From an uncultured Gemmatimonadales bacterium (lineage in GTDB: Bacteria > Gemmatimonadota > Gemmatimonadetes > Palauibacterales > Palauibacteraceae): a stretch of 64,000 nucleotides of DNA. Below, piece by piece: positions 61,017-64,000 of the stretch (its first letter is position 1; every line of letters starts with the position of its first letter). A program made the translations under genes and the position numbers. The notes beneath the pieces were generated by a model. It saw only the letters and a program-made list of their open reading frames with translations, had not been told where the DNA came from and did no database searches. The stretch is taken from positions 224,001 through 288,000 of the forward strand of contig CAWANJ010000006.1 in assembly GCA_963783385.1 (NCBI GenBank), in the 5' to 3' direction.

Positions 61017-61961
61017 GTGAGCGAAGAGCGGCCGACGGGAGACCGGGTGCTGGGCGTGATCGCCGGAACCTACCTGGTCGAGCACGGCGCGGAGCGGCTC
61101 GAGTGCGTACTGGCCGGACGTCTGCGCCAGGGGCCGCGGGATCGCGTGGTGGCCGGGGATCGGGTCCTGGTCGAGCGGCTCGAGGACGGCAGCGCGCGCA
61201 TCCTCGAGCGCCTCCCGCGACGCAGCCGGCTCGCCCGGCATCCCTCCCACGGCCGCGGGATCCAGGTGATCGCCGCCAACCTGGACCGGGTGGCCGTCGT
61301 GTTCGCGGCAGCGCGCCCGGACCCCGACACGAGTCTTCTGGACCGCCTCCTCGTGCTGGCCGAGCTCAGCGACCTGGAGGCGCTCGTGGTGGTCAACAAG
61401 ATGGACCTGGCCCCGGAGGCCGTGCCGGGCGATCCGCTGGCGCCCTTCGAACCGGCCCGCGGGGCCGGCTACGAGATCCGGCCCACCAGCGTGCGGACGG
61501 GGGCCGGGCTCGGCGAGCTGGCCGCCGCCATCGCGGGCCGGGTCACCGTCCTGGCCGGACCCTCCGGTACCGGCAAGTCCAGCCTGCTCAACGTCCTGGT
61601 TCCCGAGGTGGAGCTCCGCGTGGGGTCGGTGAGCGAACGCACGGGGCGCGGGCGCCACACGACGGTGGCCGCCCGCCTGTACCCCGCCCCGGGCGGCAGT
61701 TACCTGGGCGACACTCCGGGGCTACAGTACGCGGGGCTGCCGGATGTCCCCGCGCCGGCGCTCTCGCACGCCTTCCCCGAGCTGCGCCCCCTGCTGCAGG
61801 AATGCCGGTTCGGGGACTGCCTGCACCGGGGCGAGCCCGGGTGCGCAGTGCGCCGGGCCGTGGCCCGGGGCCAGGTGGCCGACAGCCGTTACCGGAGCTA
61901 CCTGACCCTGCTCGCCGAGCTCGAGGACCGGGCGGTCCCGGGCGGAGGGCGCGGACGGTGA
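61017..61961 (+). CDS. rsgA: Ribosome small subunit-dependent GTPase
   Basis: NKMD, GPSGTGKSS, GRHTT, DTPG, CRFGDCLH.EPGC. Confidence 0.93.
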   Translation: MSEERPTGDRVLGVIAGTYLVEHGAERLECVLAGRLRQGPRDRVVAGDRVLVERLEDGSARILERLPRRSRLARHPSHGRGIQVIAANLDRVAVVFAAARPDPDTSLLDRLLVLAELSDLEALVVVNKMDLAPEAVPGDPLAPFEPARGAGYEIRPTSVRTGAGLGELAAAIAGRVTVLAGPSGTGKSSLLNVLVPEVELRVGSVSERTGRGRHTTVAARLYPAPGGSYLGDTPGLQYAGLPDVPAPALSHAFPELRPLLQECRFGDCLHRGEPGCAVRRAVARGQVADSRYRSYLTLLAELEDRAVPGGGRGR

Positions 61962-62605
61962 GCGCGGGGGCGCCGGAGCCGGGCCCGGCGGCCGCGGTCC
62001 GCGCCGGTCTCGAACACCGGCTCGGCCTGCGTCCCCCCCGGCGGGTCGAGGACGCCGACGTCGGATCGCGCGCCGCGGTCGTGCTCCTCCTGCGTCCGCC
62101 CGGACTGGTCGCCTCCGTGGACGAGCTCGAGGGCCTGTTCGTCCAGCGGGCCGAGATCGACGGCGACCCCTGGTCGGGCCACATGGCCCTGCCGGGCGGC
62201 CGCCACGATCCCGCCGATCCCGACATGGCGGCCACGGCGCTGCGGGAGCTCGGCGAGGAAACGGGGCTCGTGGTCGCGAGGAGCGCGCTCCTCGGCCGGC
62301 TGGACGATGTCCATCCGCGGAGCCGCCGCCTGCCTTCCATCGCCGTCACCCCGTTCGTGGGTTGGGCCGGCGCGCCGGGCTCGGTGGTCGAGAACGCGGA
62401 GCTGGTCGGGCACGTGTGGGTGCCGGTCCGCGCGCTCCGCGCGCCCGGGCGGCGCTCCACCCTGAGGCTCGAGCGCGAGGGGGCGCTGCGCGTCTTCCCG
62501 GCCATCGAGTACGAGGGCCGGACGATCTGGGGCCTCACCTACCGGATCGTGCGCGAGTTCCTGGAGCGAGTCACCACGGGGGGGCGAGGGCCGGCCCATG
62601 GCTGA
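61958..62605 (+). CDS. Nudix hydrolase, CoA pyrophosphatase-like
   Basis: WSGHMALPGG, ALRELGEETG, IWGLT. Confidence 0.85.
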   Translation: MSAGAPEPGPAAAVRAGLEHRLGLRPPRRVEDADVGSRAAVVLLLRPPGLVASVDELEGLFVQRAEIDGDPWSGHMALPGGRHDPADPDMAATALRELGEETGLVVARSALLGRLDDVHPRSRRLPSIAVTPFVGWAGAPGSVVENAELVGHVWVPVRALRAPGRRSTLRLEREGALRVFPAIEYEGRTIWGLTYRIVREFLERVTTGGRGPAHG

Positions 62606-63512
62606 GGCGCTCATCGTCGGTTGCGGCTACACCGGCATGCGGCTCGGTCGACGTCTGGTGTCCGAGGGCCACTCGGTGGTCGGCACCACCCGGAGCCCCG
62701 ACCGCGTGCCGGAGCTCGCAGGGGTCGGCATCGAGGCGCGGGTGCTCGACCTGGGGGCGCGCGGCGCGGCCCGAGCCCTGGGCCGGGAGTCGCCCGATGT
62801 CGTCTTCTATCTGGCCCCGCCGATCGGTGAGGACCCCGGAGCAGAGATCGAAGCCCTGCTTCGCGTGCTGGGCCGGGCGCCCCTCGAGGCCTTCGTGTAC
62901 GCGAGCAGCACGTCGGTGTACGGAGATCGCGGCGGCGAGGTCGTGCACGCCTCCACCCTGCCCCGGCCCGACTCGCCGGCGGGACGCGCCCGCCTGGCCA
63001 CCGAGCGCCGCGTGCTGCAGGCCGGATGGACCTTCGACGCCCGGCCCCGGATCGCCCGCATCGGGGGTATCTACGGGCCGGGCCGTACCCTGCGCGAGGC
63101 GATCCGGGAGGGCCGCTACCGCGTCCTCGACGGCGTGGAGACGTGGTCGAACCGCATCCACGTCGACGACCTGGTCGAGGGCCTCCTGGCCGTGTGGCGC
63201 CGGGGAGAGAACGGCCGGATCTACGACCTGGTCGACGACGAGCCCCATGTCTCCGACGCCTTCGCGCGCCTCGTGGCCGAACGGTGCGGCCTCGAGCTGT
63301 GCGCCTTTACGCTCGAGGAGGCGCGGGCCGCCTACGGACCGGACCGGCTGGCCCGGAAGCTGGGCAGCAAGCGGGTCTCCAACCGGAGGATGCGCGACGA
63401 GCTCGGCGTGGTGCTGCGCTATCCGACCTACCGGGAGGGAGTGCCGGCCGCGCTGGAAGGGGAGGGCGGCGACACGGACGCACGGGGGGACCGGGCCGAC
63501 GACGGGGCGTGA
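62598..63512 (+). CDS. NAD-dependent epimerase / atypical SDR
   Basis: GCGYTG, SSTSVYGD, GIYGPGR, NRIHVDD, KRVSN. Confidence 0.85.
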   Translation: MAEALIVGCGYTGMRLGRRLVSEGHSVVGTTRSPDRVPELAGVGIEARVLDLGARGAARALGRESPDVVFYLAPPIGEDPGAEIEALLRVLGRAPLEAFVYASSTSVYGDRGGEVVHASTLPRPDSPAGRARLATERRVLQAGWTFDARPRIARIGGIYGPGRTLREAIREGRYRVLDGVETWSNRIHVDDLVEGLLAVWRRGENGRIYDLVDDEPHVSDAFARLVAERCGLELCAFTLEEARAAYGPDRLARKLGSKRVSNRRMRDELGVVLRYPTYREGVPAALEGEGGDTDARGDRADDGA

Positions 63513-63546
63513 GGCGAGGGCCGGGGGCCGCCGCCCCGAGAGTCGG

Positions 63547-63837
63547 TCAGGCTCCGGTCTCCTCCAGCACCTCGCGGATGGCGGCCTCGATGGGCTCGAC
63601 CAGGTCGTCCCAGCGGACTTCGTCCACCTTGGTGACGGTGATGAAGTTGTCCACCATGAACAGCGCGCGGACGCCCTCGACATCGAACAGGCGCGCGGCC
63701 AGCGCGTCGTCTCCAGTCTCGCCGACGCCGAAATACGAGCGTCCTCCCTGATCGGGGAGCGAGCGGTTCAGCGTGAACTTGGCCGCGTTGGGGTTGGGAG
63801 TCCCCTGGACCGTGACCGTGAGCTCCGCCTGCGCCAT
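63547..63837 (-). CDS. Stand-alone Nfu/NifU N-terminal domain protein
   Basis: TPNPNAAKF, LF.VEGV..F...FITVTK...W. Confidence 0.85.
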   Translation of the reverse strand: MAQAELTVTVQGTPNPNAAKFTLNRSLPDQGGRSYFGVGETGDDALAARLFDVEGVRALFMVDNFITVTKVDEVRWDDLVEPIEAAIREVLEETGA

Positions 63838-64000
63838 CGGGTGTGGCTCCTTTCGCCGCCTCGCCTCGCCGCCCGTGACGGGCGACCGGCCGGGCGGCGG
63901 TTCCCGGCGCCGCCGTGCCCGTGCCGGACCCGGTCCAATGTAGCCGGAGACTGCCCGGATCAGAAACCGGCGCGTGCCAGGACTCGGTCCAGCATCGCCG

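Overview
Very GC-rich bacterial chromosomal segment. Gene content (BNR/VPS10-like propeller proteins, secreted peptidases, DUF4097, short Rho) suggests Gemmatimonadota, which is an inference. Several conserved genes carry frameshifts, consistent with an unpolished long-read assembly. In order, the window holds: (1) secreted peptidases and hydrolases plus glutamate dehydrogenase (0.3-13.8 kb); (2) tRNA-Gly(TCC), SRPBCC, MarR and RecQ; (3) two integrase-free islets stacked at the 3' end of tRNA-Gly(CCC), bounded by an exact 45-bp and a decayed 29-bp copy of the tRNA 3' end (16.9-21.6 kb); (4) a Cys-Gly-Val-Gly tRNA operon, trmJ and an N-terminally short rho; (5) a sulfocyanin-like lipoprotein, two APC-USP fusion transporters and a cation:proton antiporter; (6) a tightly packed operon of msrB, ThrC-like PLP enzyme, DUF1611, PP-loop/Zn protein, creatininase-family enzyme and dipeptide epimerase, which looks like an undescribed D-amino-acid/peptide-epimerisation pathway (34.9-41.2 kb); (7) an orphan type IV pilin, an RND efflux trio, glpD and a Zn-dependent dehydrogenase; (8) sufCBD-Rieske-sufS-sufU-rsgA-Nudix-epimerase behind Fur-like boxes. 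The best candidates for new biology are the 35-41 kb operon and the tRNA-anchored islet array. All family assignments come from motif recognition by eye; no searches were run.
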